From the NCBI GenBank assembly GCA_039586895.1, contig JBDHJM010000007.1, positions 11,263 through 75,262 on the forward strand: a DNA stretch of 64,000 nt. The letters are read 5' to 3'. This stretch comes from Gemmatimonadota bacterium. GTDB lineage: Bacteria > Gemmatimonadota > Gemmatimonadetes > Gemmatimonadales > GWC2-71-9. A program made the position numbers and the translations under genes. Within the stretch, counting starts at the first letter, position 1. Each line of letters opens with the position of its first letter. Of this stretch, positions 27,674 to 37,111 are shown piece after piece. The notes under the pieces are model-generated. The model ran no database searches, was not told the origin of the DNA, and saw nothing but the letters and a program-made list of their open reading frames with translations.

Positions 27674-28345
27674 CTATTCCGCCTTCAGCACGTACCCCAC
27701 GCCGCGGATGGTGTGGATCAGCTTGGGGCTGAACCCCTGATCCACCTTCTTGCGCAGGCGGTTGATCACCACGTCCACGATGTTGGTGCCCGGATCGAAG
27801 TGATAATCCCAGGCGTATTCGGTGATCAGGGTGCGCGACATCACGCGGCCGGAGTTGCGCGCCAGGTACTCCAGCACGGCGTATTCCTTGGGAGTCAGCT
27901 CGATCGCGTCATCGCCGCGGCGCACCTGGTGGCGTCCGGTGTCCACCACGAGGTCGGCGACCTCGAACACGGGCGGCACGATCTCCTTGGGACGTCGGCC
28001 CAGCGCCTCGACCCGGGCCAGCAGCTCCTCGAACGCGAACGGCTTGGTAACGTAGTCGTCGGCGCCGGTGCGCAGGGCCTGCACCTTGGACTCCACCGCG
28101 TCCTGGGCAGTGAGCACCAGCACCGGCGTCGCCACGCCCCGGTCGCGCAGGGTGCGCAGCACCTCCACGCCCGACATGCCTGGCAGCCGCAGGTCGAGCA
28201 CTATCACTTCGTAGGCCGCCTGCGAGGCGCGCTCCAGCGCTTCGAGCCCGTCCTCAACCAGATCCACATGGTAGCGCTGCTCCTCCAGCCCGCGGCGCAC
28301 GAACTGCCCCACCGTGCGGTCGTCCTCGACCACGAGGACCTTCAT
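27674..28345 (-). CDS. OmpR-family response regulator, CusR/CopR-like
   Basis: MKVLVVEDD...DLRLPGMSG...DDYVTKPFAFEELLARV...TIRGVGYVL aligns by eye along the whole length with E. coli CusR. The ATG overlaps the upstream kinase stop (ATGA). Confidence 0.9.
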   Translation of the reverse strand: MKVLVVEDDRTVGQFVRRGLEEQRYHVDLVEDGLEALERASQAAYEVIVLDLRLPGMSGVEVLRTLRDRGVATPVLVLTAQDAVESKVQALRTGADDYVTKPFAFEELLARVEALGRRPKEIVPPVFEVADLVVDTGRHQVRRGDDAIELTPKEYAVLEYLARNSGRVMSRTLITEYAWDYHFDPGTNIVDVVINRLRKKVDQGFSPKLIHTIRGVGYVLKAE

Positions 28346-29982
28346 GCGTGCCCCTCTCCACCACCTCCCACAGGCAGCGTCACCTGAAACACCGAACCCT
28401 GGCCCAGCTGCGACTCGACGCTGATGCGGCCTCCGTGCTCCTGCACGATGCCGTAGCAGATCGAGAGCCCCAACCCCGTGCCCTGCCCCGGCAGCTTGGT
28501 TGTCCAGAACGGCTCGAAGATCTTGGGCAGATCCTCGCGCGGAATGCCGCCGCCCGTGTCGTGGAACTCGACTATCACGTCGTCGCTGCGCTCCGGGCTG
28601 GGATAGGTGCGCACCGTCAGCACGCCCTTCCCTTCCATCGCGTCGATCGCGTTCATCATCAGCGACAGGAACACCTGGATGAGCTGCTCCGCGTTGCCGT
28701 CCACCGCCGGCAGGCCCTCGGCCAGATCCCGCTCCAGCGTTATGCGTCGGAACTTGTCGTGGTGCTTGACCAGGAAGAGGGCGTCCTCTACGACCTGGTT
28801 CACCTCGCACGCCTTTTTCACACGCGTCTTGGGCCGCGAGAAATCGAGCAACCCGTCCACGATCGACTTGCAGCGAGCGAGCTCGGACTCGATGATGCGC
28901 AGGTACTCCTCGTGTCCCGCCCGCTCCAGCTCCGGGAGCTCCTCGACACGCAGGGAGAGCGCCTCGACGCAGGCCCCAATGGTGGCCAGCGGGTTGTTGA
29001 TCTCGTGCATGACACCGGCCGCCAGCTGGCCCACCGCCGCGAGCTTCTCGGAGTGGGACACCTGCTGCTGCACCCGCTTCCAATCGGTGATGTCCTCGCC
29101 GATGGTGATGACGTGGGTCACGTCATCGTCGTGCACCCGCATTGGGATCTTGCTCACACGGTAGTGGCGCAGCTCTCCGGAGGCCGTCGACTCCGTTTCC
29201 ATCTGCTCCATCTGGCCCGTGTTGAACGCCCGGTCGAACTCGCGCTTGAGCAGCACGCGGGGCTGTCGGTGCAGCACCTCGAACACGGTGCGGCCCATCA
29301 CCTCGCCGCGGTCCACGCCGCGGGTGCCCGTCTCGCGCTTGCGGTTCCACGCCTGGATGCGGTACTCCCGGTCCACCACGTAGAGGCCGACCGGGAGCGA
29401 GTCGATGATCTTGGATGTAAAGCGGCGCTGGGCCTCGATCTCGCGCGTGCGGGCGGCCACTTCGCTCGCCAGATCCTCGGAGAGCTCGAAGGAAGCGATC
29501 AGTGGCGACAAGACGTTGGCGACGACCTCCACGACCTGCCGCAGGTTGCGGGACGCCTCGTCGTCCGGTACGCGCGCCTCCAGCAGGCCGAGCCGCTCTC
29601 CTTCGTACGCCAGCGGCAGGCGCAGCCGCCAGGTCCCGTCCTCGCGCTGCTCGGATTCGGTCCCGGCGATCCATCGCGCCACGTCCTCGGCCGAGAGGGG
29701 ATCCGGCAGCACGTCGCCCTCACCGACGAGGGCACGATACTCCGTGCCGTCCGCGGCGCGGATCCAGATGCGGCAGTAGTCGCTCCCCAGCCCGCGCGCC
29801 AGCACGCCTGCCACCCGGGAGAGGACCTCCTGCGACCCCATCCCGGCGGCCAGGAAGCCCGCCACGTCGGCCAGGATGCGCAGGCTGCGCTCGTCCAGCG
29901 GCTCCCGGATTTCGGGAGTGGAGCCTTCACCGGATGGTTGTGTCATGTCCGTGAACGTATGGGACCCCGTGCGTCGCTTCAA
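28342..29982 (-). CDS. cytoplasmic GAF-PAS sensor histidine kinase
   Basis: A GAF-like N-terminus, a PAS domain, the HisKA box [10 protein letters not shown] and an HATPase domain. No TM helix. The start is uncertain (TTG at 29982 or ATG at 29946). Confidence 0.85.
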   Translation of the reverse strand: MKRRTGSHTFTDMTQPSGEGSTPEIREPLDERSLRILADVAGFLAAGMGSQEVLSRVAGVLARGLGSDYCRIWIRAADGTEYRALVGEGDVLPDPLSAEDVARWIAGTESEQREDGTWRLRLPLAYEGERLGLLEARVPDDEASRNLRQVVEVVANVLSPLIASFELSEDLASEVAARTREIEAQRRFTSKIIDSLPVGLYVVDREYRIQAWNRKRETGTRGVDRGEVMGRTVFEVLHRQPRVLLKREFDRAFNTGQMEQMETESTASGELRHYRVSKIPMRVHDDDVTHVITIGEDITDWKRVQQQVSHSEKLAAVGQLAAGVMHEINNPLATIGACVEALSLRVEELPELERAGHEEYLRIIESELARCKSIVDGLLDFSRPKTRVKKACEVNQVVEDALFLVKHHDKFRRITLERDLAEGLPAVDGNAEQLIQVFLSLMMNAIDAMEGKGVLTVRTYPSPERSDDVIVEFHDTGGGIPREDLPKIFEPFWTTKLPGQGTGLGLSICYGIVQEHGGRISVESQLGQGSVFQVTLPVGGGGEGHA

Positions 29983-30060
29983 GTGAGCACGCCCGCGTCA
30001 GGGCGCCGTCTCGGGTGCGGCCGCCGGCCAGCGCCTTGTGCTGGCCCGCCCGCCATGTCT

Positions 30061-30087
30061 AATTACGTTCCCCATAAGGAATTACGT
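30061..30087 (+). promoter_or_regulatory. direct repeat AATTACGT-N11-AATTACGT in an AT-rich patch upstream of sod
   Basis: The copies are at 30061..30068 and 30080..30087, 40-65 nt upstream of the sod ATG. This is the only AT-rich patch in that intergenic region. Confidence 0.25.
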
Positions 30088-30127
30088 GTACCCAAGGCAA
30101 TCAAGCAGCGAGAAGGAGCAGCACATC

Positions 30128-30736
<609 letters not shown>

Positions 30737-30760
30737 TAGGCGGAGGCACCTGACACGACC

Positions 30761-31348
30761 ATGAAGAGATCGCTCTGGCTGGCCCTGACCCTGGTTCTGG
30801 TCGCGGCGCCCGCGCGCGCTCAGACCAGCGCCATCCTGCTGTTCGCGAACGGAGGCCGCTGGTGGCCCGTCTCCGACATGTCGTCCGAGACGGGCGACAA
30901 GTTCAGTGCCGAGTGGAGCTACGGCGGAGGGCTGGGCTGGCAGTTCCACGACCGGGCCGCGCTCAGGCTGAGCGTGAACCATCTGCAGACCAACTGGATC
31001 GGCGACCGACTGTTCGAGGTCTTCCCCACGGTCACCGACCGGCGCTTCAACCGCACCTACTTCATGGCCGACATCCAGTACGGCTGGCCCACTGCCAAGG
31101 GGCTGATCCCGTACATCTACGCGGGAGGCGGCGCGGTCTACACGTCGCCCAAAGACGACGAGCTGGAGAGCTTCACCGACTTCACCGGGCGGTTCGGCGG
31201 CGGGCTCAACATCATCTCCGCCATCGGCGTGTGGTTCCTGGAGACGGACATGGCGGCGTGGCGCCTCAACTCGCTGGACGTCGAGTTCCACGGCCTGAAG
31301 ATCGAGCTCTCGCTGCGGGTGGGCTGGGTCCTGGTCATTCCGTACTAG
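30761..31348 (+). CDS. outer-membrane beta-barrel protein (OmpW/OmpA-barrel-like)
   Basis: Signal peptide ending ARAQ, alternating amphipathic beta strands and a C-terminal aromatic residue (VLVIPY). Confidence 0.6.
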   Translation: MKRSLWLALTLVLVAAPARAQTSAILLFANGGRWWPVSDMSSETGDKFSAEWSYGGGLGWQFHDRAALRLSVNHLQTNWIGDRLFEVFPTVTDRRFNRTYFMADIQYGWPTAKGLIPYIYAGGGAVYTSPKDDELESFTDFTGRFGGGLNIISAIGVWFLETDMAAWRLNSLDVEFHGLKIELSLRVGWVLVIPY

Positions 31349-31371
31349 CCGGCGCGGCGGCGGGCAAACGA

Positions 31372-31403
31372 AGAGGCGCCCCGGACGAGTCCGGGGCGCC
31401 TCT
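31372..31403. terminator. bidirectional hairpin terminator between the OMP gene and tRNA-Ala
   Basis: A perfect 14-bp stem AGAGGCGCCCCGGA/TCCGGGGCGCCTCT with loop CGAG. Confidence 0.6.
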
Positions 31404-31417
31404 CTCATGCTCGCTGA

Positions 31418-31490
31418 TGGAGCGGATGGGATTCGAACCCACGACCCCCGGCTTGCAAAGCCGGTGCTCTCCCAACTGAGCTACCGCCCC
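31418..31490 (-). tRNA. tRNA-Ala (anticodon UGC)
   Basis: The reverse complement GGGGCGGTAGCTCAGTTGGGAGAGCACCGGCTTTGCAAGCCGGGGGTCGTGGGTTCGAATCCCATCCGCTCCA folds as a cloverleaf. It has the G3:U70 Ala identity pair and a GGTTCGAATCC T-arm. CCA is not encoded. Confidence 0.9.
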
Positions 31491-31553
31491 GATGCACGCG
31501 AGACAAAAACTAGACCCCGCCGGGCCTAACTCCAAGCCCCCGAACGACCCGCC

Positions 31554-33233
31554 CTACTGCGTCTGCTGCCCCAGCCGCTCGAACCGCAGGCCGCGCGAGC
31601 GGCCGTTGCTGATGGACAGGCTCGTCACCCGTCCCTCTTCGTCGCGGTGGAACCGCACCGAGCGCAGGAACCACGCCTCGCCCCGAAACTCGTCCTCAAG
31701 CAGCGGGATCAGCACGATGTCGCCGTGGCGCGGGTGGCGCATGACGAGATCGGCCTCCCGCGGCACCACCCGGTAGGCGGTTTGGAGCTCCTCGCTCGCG
31801 TAGGCGCCTTCGTACTCGGGCAACTCCTCGGGCAGGGGCGGCCGCAGCTGGACCCGGTCGGCCACGATGTCGAGGTAGGTGAGATACGTGACCGCTCCCG
31901 TGGTGTCGCGCCGGAAGCGCATCGCAGCGCCGTAGGCGGGCACGTAGAACTCCGACAGAGAGATGGCCCGCGTGTGGAACCGCGGCTCCGTCGTGGCCTG
32001 AACCAGGAGGCTGTCGCCGTCGCGGGTGAAAGTCACCAGCCGGCCGGGGCCGAGCATGTAGGTGCCGACGTACTCGTCCAGCATCTCGCCCGGCACGTCC
32101 ACCTTGGGGAGCAGCGCCCAGTTGGTCGCCGCCGCCGGCTGAGGGGTGAGCCGCTCAGACAGGTAGATGTCGGCGATCTGATGCGCGCGCCGGCCGGCAG
32201 CCATGCGCGCGTCGTTGGCCAGCACGACCACCCCGAAACGCTCCTCCGGGAAGTGCAGCAGGAAGGTCCGGAACCCGGCCCACGAGCCGCCGTGGCTCAC
32301 CGTGGACCTCCCCCGGTACGGACGCACGTTGACGCCGTAGGCGTAGCTGATCTCCCGGCCGCTGGTGAGCACCCCACGGGTGCGCATCCGTTCGATCACC
32401 GCAGTGCCGCCCACGCGGTGGTCGTCAAAGTTGAGCAGCCACGCGCCGAGGTCGTCGACCGTGGTGAACAGCGAGCTGGAGCCGAGCGCGGTGAGCCCGT
32501 TTGCGATGTTGCTGTAGACACCGTCGTCGAAACCGTAGGCGGCAGCACGGTTGGGAACCAGCTCGGTGTGATCGTCCTGGAAATGCGTGTGCGACATGCC
32601 CAGCGGCGCGAAGATGTGCCGCTCGGTCCACTCGCGGAACGACTGTCCGGTCACGCGTGCCACCAGCTCTGCCAGCAGGTTGTAGCCCGTATTGGAGTAC
32701 GAGTACTCCTCACCCGGCACGAAGTTGAGCCCCCGCTGGTTCCATACCATCTGCAGGATCTGTTCGAACGAGATCACGTCGTCCATCTGCCACCCGGCCA
32801 CGGCCAGCGTGCCCGGCCAGTCCCGGACCCCGCTCATGTGATGCACCAGGTGCCTGACCGTAATCGTGACGCCGAAGTCCGGCACTTCCGGTATGTACTC
32901 GCGGATGTCGTCGTCCAGCCCGATCACGCTGTCCTCGACCAGCATGGCGATCGCCATCCCGGCGAACTGCTTGGATACCGAAGCGATGTCGAACACCGTC
33001 TCGGGCGTGATGGGAATGCCGTGCTCCAGGTCGGCGCTGCCGTACCCCCTGCGGTGCACGACCTCACCTTCCCTCACCACGAGCACCGCCGCACCCGGCG
33101 ACTCGGCGCCGTACACGTCCGAGAACAGGGCATCCACCTGGGCCGACAGCTCCCGGGCATCCTGGGCGCAGAGGGGCGTCCCGTACGAGAGGGCTGCGAG
33201 AAGCAGGAGTCGGATTGGTCTGTGTATCGTCAT
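31554..33233 (-). CDS. secreted serine hydrolase, beta-lactamase/class C family, with C-terminal extra domain
   Basis: Signal MTIHRPIRLLLLAALSYGTPLCAQ, SVSK (SxxK) and YSN (YxN). I chose the ATG at 33233. Confidence 0.8.
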   Translation of the reverse strand: MTIHRPIRLLLLAALSYGTPLCAQDARELSAQVDALFSDVYGAESPGAAVLVVREGEVVHRRGYGSADLEHGIPITPETVFDIASVSKQFAGMAIAMLVEDSVIGLDDDIREYIPEVPDFGVTITVRHLVHHMSGVRDWPGTLAVAGWQMDDVISFEQILQMVWNQRGLNFVPGEEYSYSNTGYNLLAELVARVTGQSFREWTERHIFAPLGMSHTHFQDDHTELVPNRAAAYGFDDGVYSNIANGLTALGSSSLFTTVDDLGAWLLNFDDHRVGGTAVIERMRTRGVLTSGREISYAYGVNVRPYRGRSTVSHGGSWAGFRTFLLHFPEERFGVVVLANDARMAAGRRAHQIADIYLSERLTPQPAAATNWALLPKVDVPGEMLDEYVGTYMLGPGRLVTFTRDGDSLLVQATTEPRFHTRAISLSEFYVPAYGAAMRFRRDTTGAVTYLTYLDIVADRVQLRPPLPEELPEYEGAYASEELQTAYRVVPREADLVMRHPRHGDIVLIPLLEDEFRGEAWFLRSVRFHRDEEGRVTSLSISNGRSRGLRFERLGQQTQ

Positions 33234-33376
33234 CGCGCTCAAATTCGCTGGATCATTTTGGCCCAACACCTGAACTCCATGAGGGAGTGAAAGGTTGCAT
33301 GTTGCCGCAACTTCGGGCAACGCTTAGTGTGGGGAATGGACACCGGGCAGGTTTCCATCACTGGAGGTCCGAGATC

Positions 33377-33811
33377 ATGCGCGTTCCGTTGGCCCTAGGC
33401 ATTCTGCTCGTCGCGGCGCCCGCGACGGCTGCAGCGCAGCAGTGCTGGAACAACCTGGGCGTGAAGCAGGAGTACGAGCCGGCGGCACAGCTGCAAGAGA
33501 TGCGCCAGCTCATCGAGCACCACGACTGTCCGGTGCTGGTGATGATGTGGCGGATTGAGATCACGGAGGAGCGGCGCAGCATACTGATCTGGGATGCCGA
33601 GTCGGAGACCATGTGGCGCGTCCACGCAGGAGACGAGAACGCGCAGTGGGAGGGCTGGCCCGGCTCCGGCCGGGAGCAGGTCCTCTCCGACAGCTACATG
33701 GGCGTGCTCTCTCGCGGTGCCGCCCACGGCTTCGGCAAGGTGCCGGCCTCGCAGGAAGTGAAGCACTTCGTCCAGACGCGCGGCAGCGGCCTCTTCGCGG
33801 CCGCGTTCTGA
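33377..33811 (+). CDS. secreted hypothetical protein (144 aa)
   Basis: GGAGGT lies upstream of the ATG at 33377, and the signal peptide is MRVPLALGILLVAAPATAAAQQ. No motif recognised. Confidence 0.5.
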   Translation: MRVPLALGILLVAAPATAAAQQCWNNLGVKQEYEPAAQLQEMRQLIEHHDCPVLVMMWRIEITEERRSILIWDAESETMWRVHAGDENAQWEGWPGSGREQVLSDSYMGVLSRGAAHGFGKVPASQEVKHFVQTRGSGLFAAAF

Positions 33812-33821
33812 TCCAACAGTG

Positions 33822-33852
33822 ACGGGATCGCCTGGTCACCAGGCGATCCCGT
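33822..33852 (+). terminator. hairpin after the 144-aa gene
   Basis: The arms ACGGGATCGCCTGG/CCAGGCGATCCCGT form a 13-14 bp stem. There is no clear U-tract. Confidence 0.45.
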
Positions 33853-33963
33853 AGTCCTCCCCGTAGTCGCTCGCCCCACCCCAGAAGCTCCCGTTCTCCC
33901 AGTCGAGGAACTCACTCCGACCGGACGGTTGCGGCAGCGGCCCCGCCTGCTTTGCTTCGAGCC

Positions 33964-36900
33964 ATGAACCGACTCAGCTCTCGTTTCGCACTCGCGGCCC
34001 TGCTGGCTGCTCCCGCGCTACCCCACGCCCAGCTCCGCGCCCAGGAGGCGTCCGCAGACTCGCCTCCAGAGCTGCCGGCGGGTGCCGCCTCGACCCAGGC
34101 CTTCACACCCGCACTCTTCTCGGGACTCGAATACCGCATGATCGGGCCCTCGCGGGGCGGCAGGGTCACCGCCGTAGCCGGCCATGCAGCCCACCCCGGC
34201 ACGTTCTACATGGGCGCCACCGGTGGAGGAGTGTGGCAGACCACCGACTACGGCCAGACCTGGCGCAGCATTTCCGACGGCTACTTCGGCACCGGATCGA
34301 TCGGCGCCATCCGCGTGGCGGACTCCGATCCGGACGTGATCTGGGTGGGGACCGGCTCCGACGGCCTGCGCAGCAACGTGATCGGCGGCCGCGGCGTGTA
34401 CCGCTCGGCCGACGGAGGGGAAACGTGGGACTTCGCCGGGCTGCGCGACGCGGGGCAGATCGGTGCCGTGCTGATACACCCGGACGACCCCGATCTCGTC
34501 TATGTCGCCGCCATCGGTCACGCGTTCGGTCCCGCCCCCCAGCGCGGCGTGTACCGCACGAAGAACGGAGGCACGACATGGGAGCTGGTGCTGTTCGTGT
34601 CGGACTCCACGGGAGCAGTGGACCTCGAGTTCGCGCCCGACGACCCGCGCCAGATCTACGCCGCCATGTGGCGGGCCGAGCGCAAGCCGTGGACCATCAT
34701 CAGCGGTTCGCGCGAGGGGGGCGTGTACCGCTCCGCCGACGGCGGCGACACGTGGCGCCGCCTCGGCGGCGGCCTGCCCGACGGCCTGGTCGGCAAAAGC
34801 GACCTGGCCGTGTCGGCGGCCGATCCCGGGCGCCTCTACGTGCTGATCGAGGCGGAGCCCGGCGGCGGGCTGTACCGATCCGACGACCGGGGTGAGTCGT
34901 TCGAGCTGGTGAGCACGCAGGACGGGCTGCTGAACCGGCCGTTCTACTACACCAACGTGGACGCCGACCCGAGCGACGCCGACGTCGTGTACGTGAGCAA
35001 CGAGAGCTTCTTCCGGTCCACGGACGGCGGGCGCGCTTTCACCCGCCGCTCCACGCCGCACGGCGACAACCACGACATGTGGATCAGCCCAGACGACCCC
35101 GACCTGTACGTCCAGTCCAACGACGGCGGCGCCAACGTGACACGCGACGGCGGCGAGACCTGGTCCACGCAGCAAAACCAGCCGACCGCCGAGCTCTATC
35201 AGGTGAACGTGGACGACCGGTTCCCCTATTGGGCTTACGCCGGCCAGCAGGACAACTCGACCATCATGGTCCCGAGCATGCCGCCGTTTTCGGCACCGGG
35301 GGGCCACACCGCTCATTGGCGGGCGGTCGGCGGCTGCGAGACGGGCCCGGTCGTGCCCAAGCCGGGCAATCCGGACATCGTCTACGCAAACTGCAAGGGC
35401 CGGTTCGGGCGCTACAACCTGGCCACGGGACAGGAAAAGCAGTACTACGTGGGCGCCCAAAACATGTACGGGCACAACCCGCGCGATCTCCCGTTTCGGT
35501 TCCAGAGGGTCTCGCCGATCGAGATCTCCCCGCACGACCCGGGCGTCATCTACCACGCTTCGCAGTACGTGCACCGCACGAGCGACGAGGGCGCTACCTG
35601 GGAGACGATCTCGCCCGACCTGACCGCCAACCCGCCGGAGGGACAGGTGATCTCGGGCAGCCCGATCACACGCGACATCACGGGCGAGGAGTTCTACAGC
35701 ACGATCTACGCAGTGCGCGAGTCGCCGCACGAGCCGGGCGTCATCTGGGTTGGGGCCAACGACGGCCCGATCCACCTGACGCGCGACGGAGGGCGCAGCT
35801 GGTGGGACGTCACCCCGGACGATCTCCCGCCGGGCGGACGGGTCCAGAACATCGAGCCCTCGCCGCACCGGCCGGGGAAGGCGTACGTCGCGGTGTACCG
35901 CTACCTGTTGGGCGATTGGCAGCCCTACCTATACCGCACCGACGACTACGGCGAAACCTGGGTGCGGCTCACCACCGGGACTAACGGGATCCCCGCCGAC
36001 TATCCCACGCGCGTGGTTCGCGAGGACCCCGACCGCGAGGGACTGCTGTACGCGGGTACCGAGTTCGGGATCTTCATTTCGTTCGACGACGGAACCAGCT
36101 GGCAGCCGCTCCAGCTCGACCTGCCCGTCACGCCCGTCACCGACATCCGGGTGCACCGCAAAGACCTCGTGCTCTCCACCATGGGGCGCTCTTTCTGGGT
36201 GCTGGACAACCTCACGCCGCTGCACCAGTTGAACGGCGTAGATGCGGGGGCGCCGTCCCATCTGTTCCGGCCGCGCGACGCCCACCGCATGCGCTACGGC
36301 GCGGCCGGCTACCGTGGCCGCCAACCCGGAGAGCCCGAGTACCCGCAACCGGGAGCGATGATCGACTACATCCTGAGGGAGCAGCCAGCGGGGACCGTGG
36401 CACTGGAGATACTGGACGAGGAGGGCGTGGTGGTGCGCCGCTTCACAGCCGCGGCTGCCAGTGAAGAAGTCCAGCGCACGCCGGGCATGGGAGGTCCGCC
36501 CGTGCGCCACGCGGCTCCCACACCCGACACCGACCGCGGAATGCACCGCTTCATCTGGGACCTGCGTTACCCGGGACCGGTCAACGCCGAGAGCGGCGAG
36601 CCGGAAGGCCGCGGGCCGCTGGCGGTCCCGGGATGGTACAGCGTGCGGCTCACCGTGGGCGATTGGAGCGCAGAGGAGCGCCTCCGCGTGCTGATCGACC
36701 CGCGGGTTGCAGAGGACGGTGTCACCGAGGAAGATCTGCAGGAGCAGCTCGCGCTCGGCCTGCAGGTGCGGGACGCCATCAGTGAGGCCCGCCGCGCTGC
36801 GCGGCAGGTCGATTCGGCGCGCACTGCGCTCGACGCTGCACACGAGGAGGACCGGGCCGGGTGGACGGGCGCCGAGCTGGAGCTGATGCAGCGGGAGCTT

Positions 36901-37104
36901 GCCGTGCTCGACTCGGCTCTGGTCACTCGGGAGGGGCGCTACCAGCAGCCGATGCTGCTCGACCAGCTGCAGTACCTGTATTCGATGCTGGACCGGGCCG
37001 ACCAGCTGCCCGGCCGCGATGCACACGTGCGCTACGCAGGCCTGCGCACCGCCCTGGACGGGATTCTCTCGCGCCTCGCGGGGCTGCTCTCGGCGGCTGA
37101 TTGA
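33964..37104 (+). CDS. secreted BNR/Asp-box repeat protein (sortilin/VPS10-like beta-propeller)
   Basis: Has at least 9 Asp-box-like repeats (SADGGETW, TKNGGTTW, SADGGDTW, STDGGRAF, TRDGGETW, TSDEGATW, TRDGGRSW, TDDYGETW) and a signal peptide. Confidence 0.8.
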   Translation: MNRLSSRFALAALLAAPALPHAQLRAQEASADSPPELPAGAASTQAFTPALFSGLEYRMIGPSRGGRVTAVAGHAAHPGTFYMGATGGGVWQTTDYGQTWRSISDGYFGTGSIGAIRVADSDPDVIWVGTGSDGLRSNVIGGRGVYRSADGGETWDFAGLRDAGQIGAVLIHPDDPDLVYVAAIGHAFGPAPQRGVYRTKNGGTTWELVLFVSDSTGAVDLEFAPDDPRQIYAAMWRAERKPWTIISGSREGGVYRSADGGDTWRRLGGGLPDGLVGKSDLAVSAADPGRLYVLIEAEPGGGLYRSDDRGESFELVSTQDGLLNRPFYYTNVDADPSDADVVYVSNESFFRSTDGGRAFTRRSTPHGDNHDMWISPDDPDLYVQSNDGGANVTRDGGETWSTQQNQPTAELYQVNVDDRFPYWAYAGQQDNSTIMVPSMPPFSAPGGHTAHWRAVGGCETGPVVPKPGNPDIVYANCKGRFGRYNLATGQEKQYYVGAQNMYGHNPRDLPFRFQRVSPIEISPHDPGVIYHASQYVHRTSDEGATWETISPDLTANPPEGQVISGSPITRDITGEEFYSTIYAVRESPHEPGVIWVGANDGPIHLTRDGGRSWWDVTPDDLPPGGRVQNIEPSPHRPGKAYVAVYRYLLGDWQPYLYRTDDYGETWVRLTTGTNGIPADYPTRVVREDPDREGLLYAGTEFGIFISFDDGTSWQPLQLDLPVTPVTDIRVHRKDLVLSTMGRSFWVLDNLTPLHQLNGVDAGAPSHLFRPRDAHRMRYGAAGYRGRQPGEPEYPQPGAMIDYILREQPAGTVALEILDEEGVVVRRFTAAAASEEVQRTPGMGGPPVRHAAPTPDTDRGMHRFIWDLRYPGPVNAESGEPEGRGPLAVPGWYSVRLTVGDWSAEERLRVLIDPRVAEDGVTEEDLQEQLALGLQVRDAISEARRAARQVDSARTALDAAHEEDRAGWTGAELELMQRELAVLDSALVTREGRYQQPMLLDQLQYLYSMLDRADQLPGRDAHVRYAGLRTALDGILSRLAGLLSAAD

Positions 37105-37111
37105 AGAGAGG

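Noticed and set aside
31418-31490. tRNA-Ala as a possible integration hotspot or genomic-island boundary.
   Set aside because: No integrase, direct repeat of the tRNA 3' end, or compositional shift is visible on either side.
37105-37111. Convergent BNR-protein and M28-peptidase genes separated by only 7 nt without a terminator.
   Set aside because: This is real but unremarkable in compact GC-rich genomes, and no further structure was seen.
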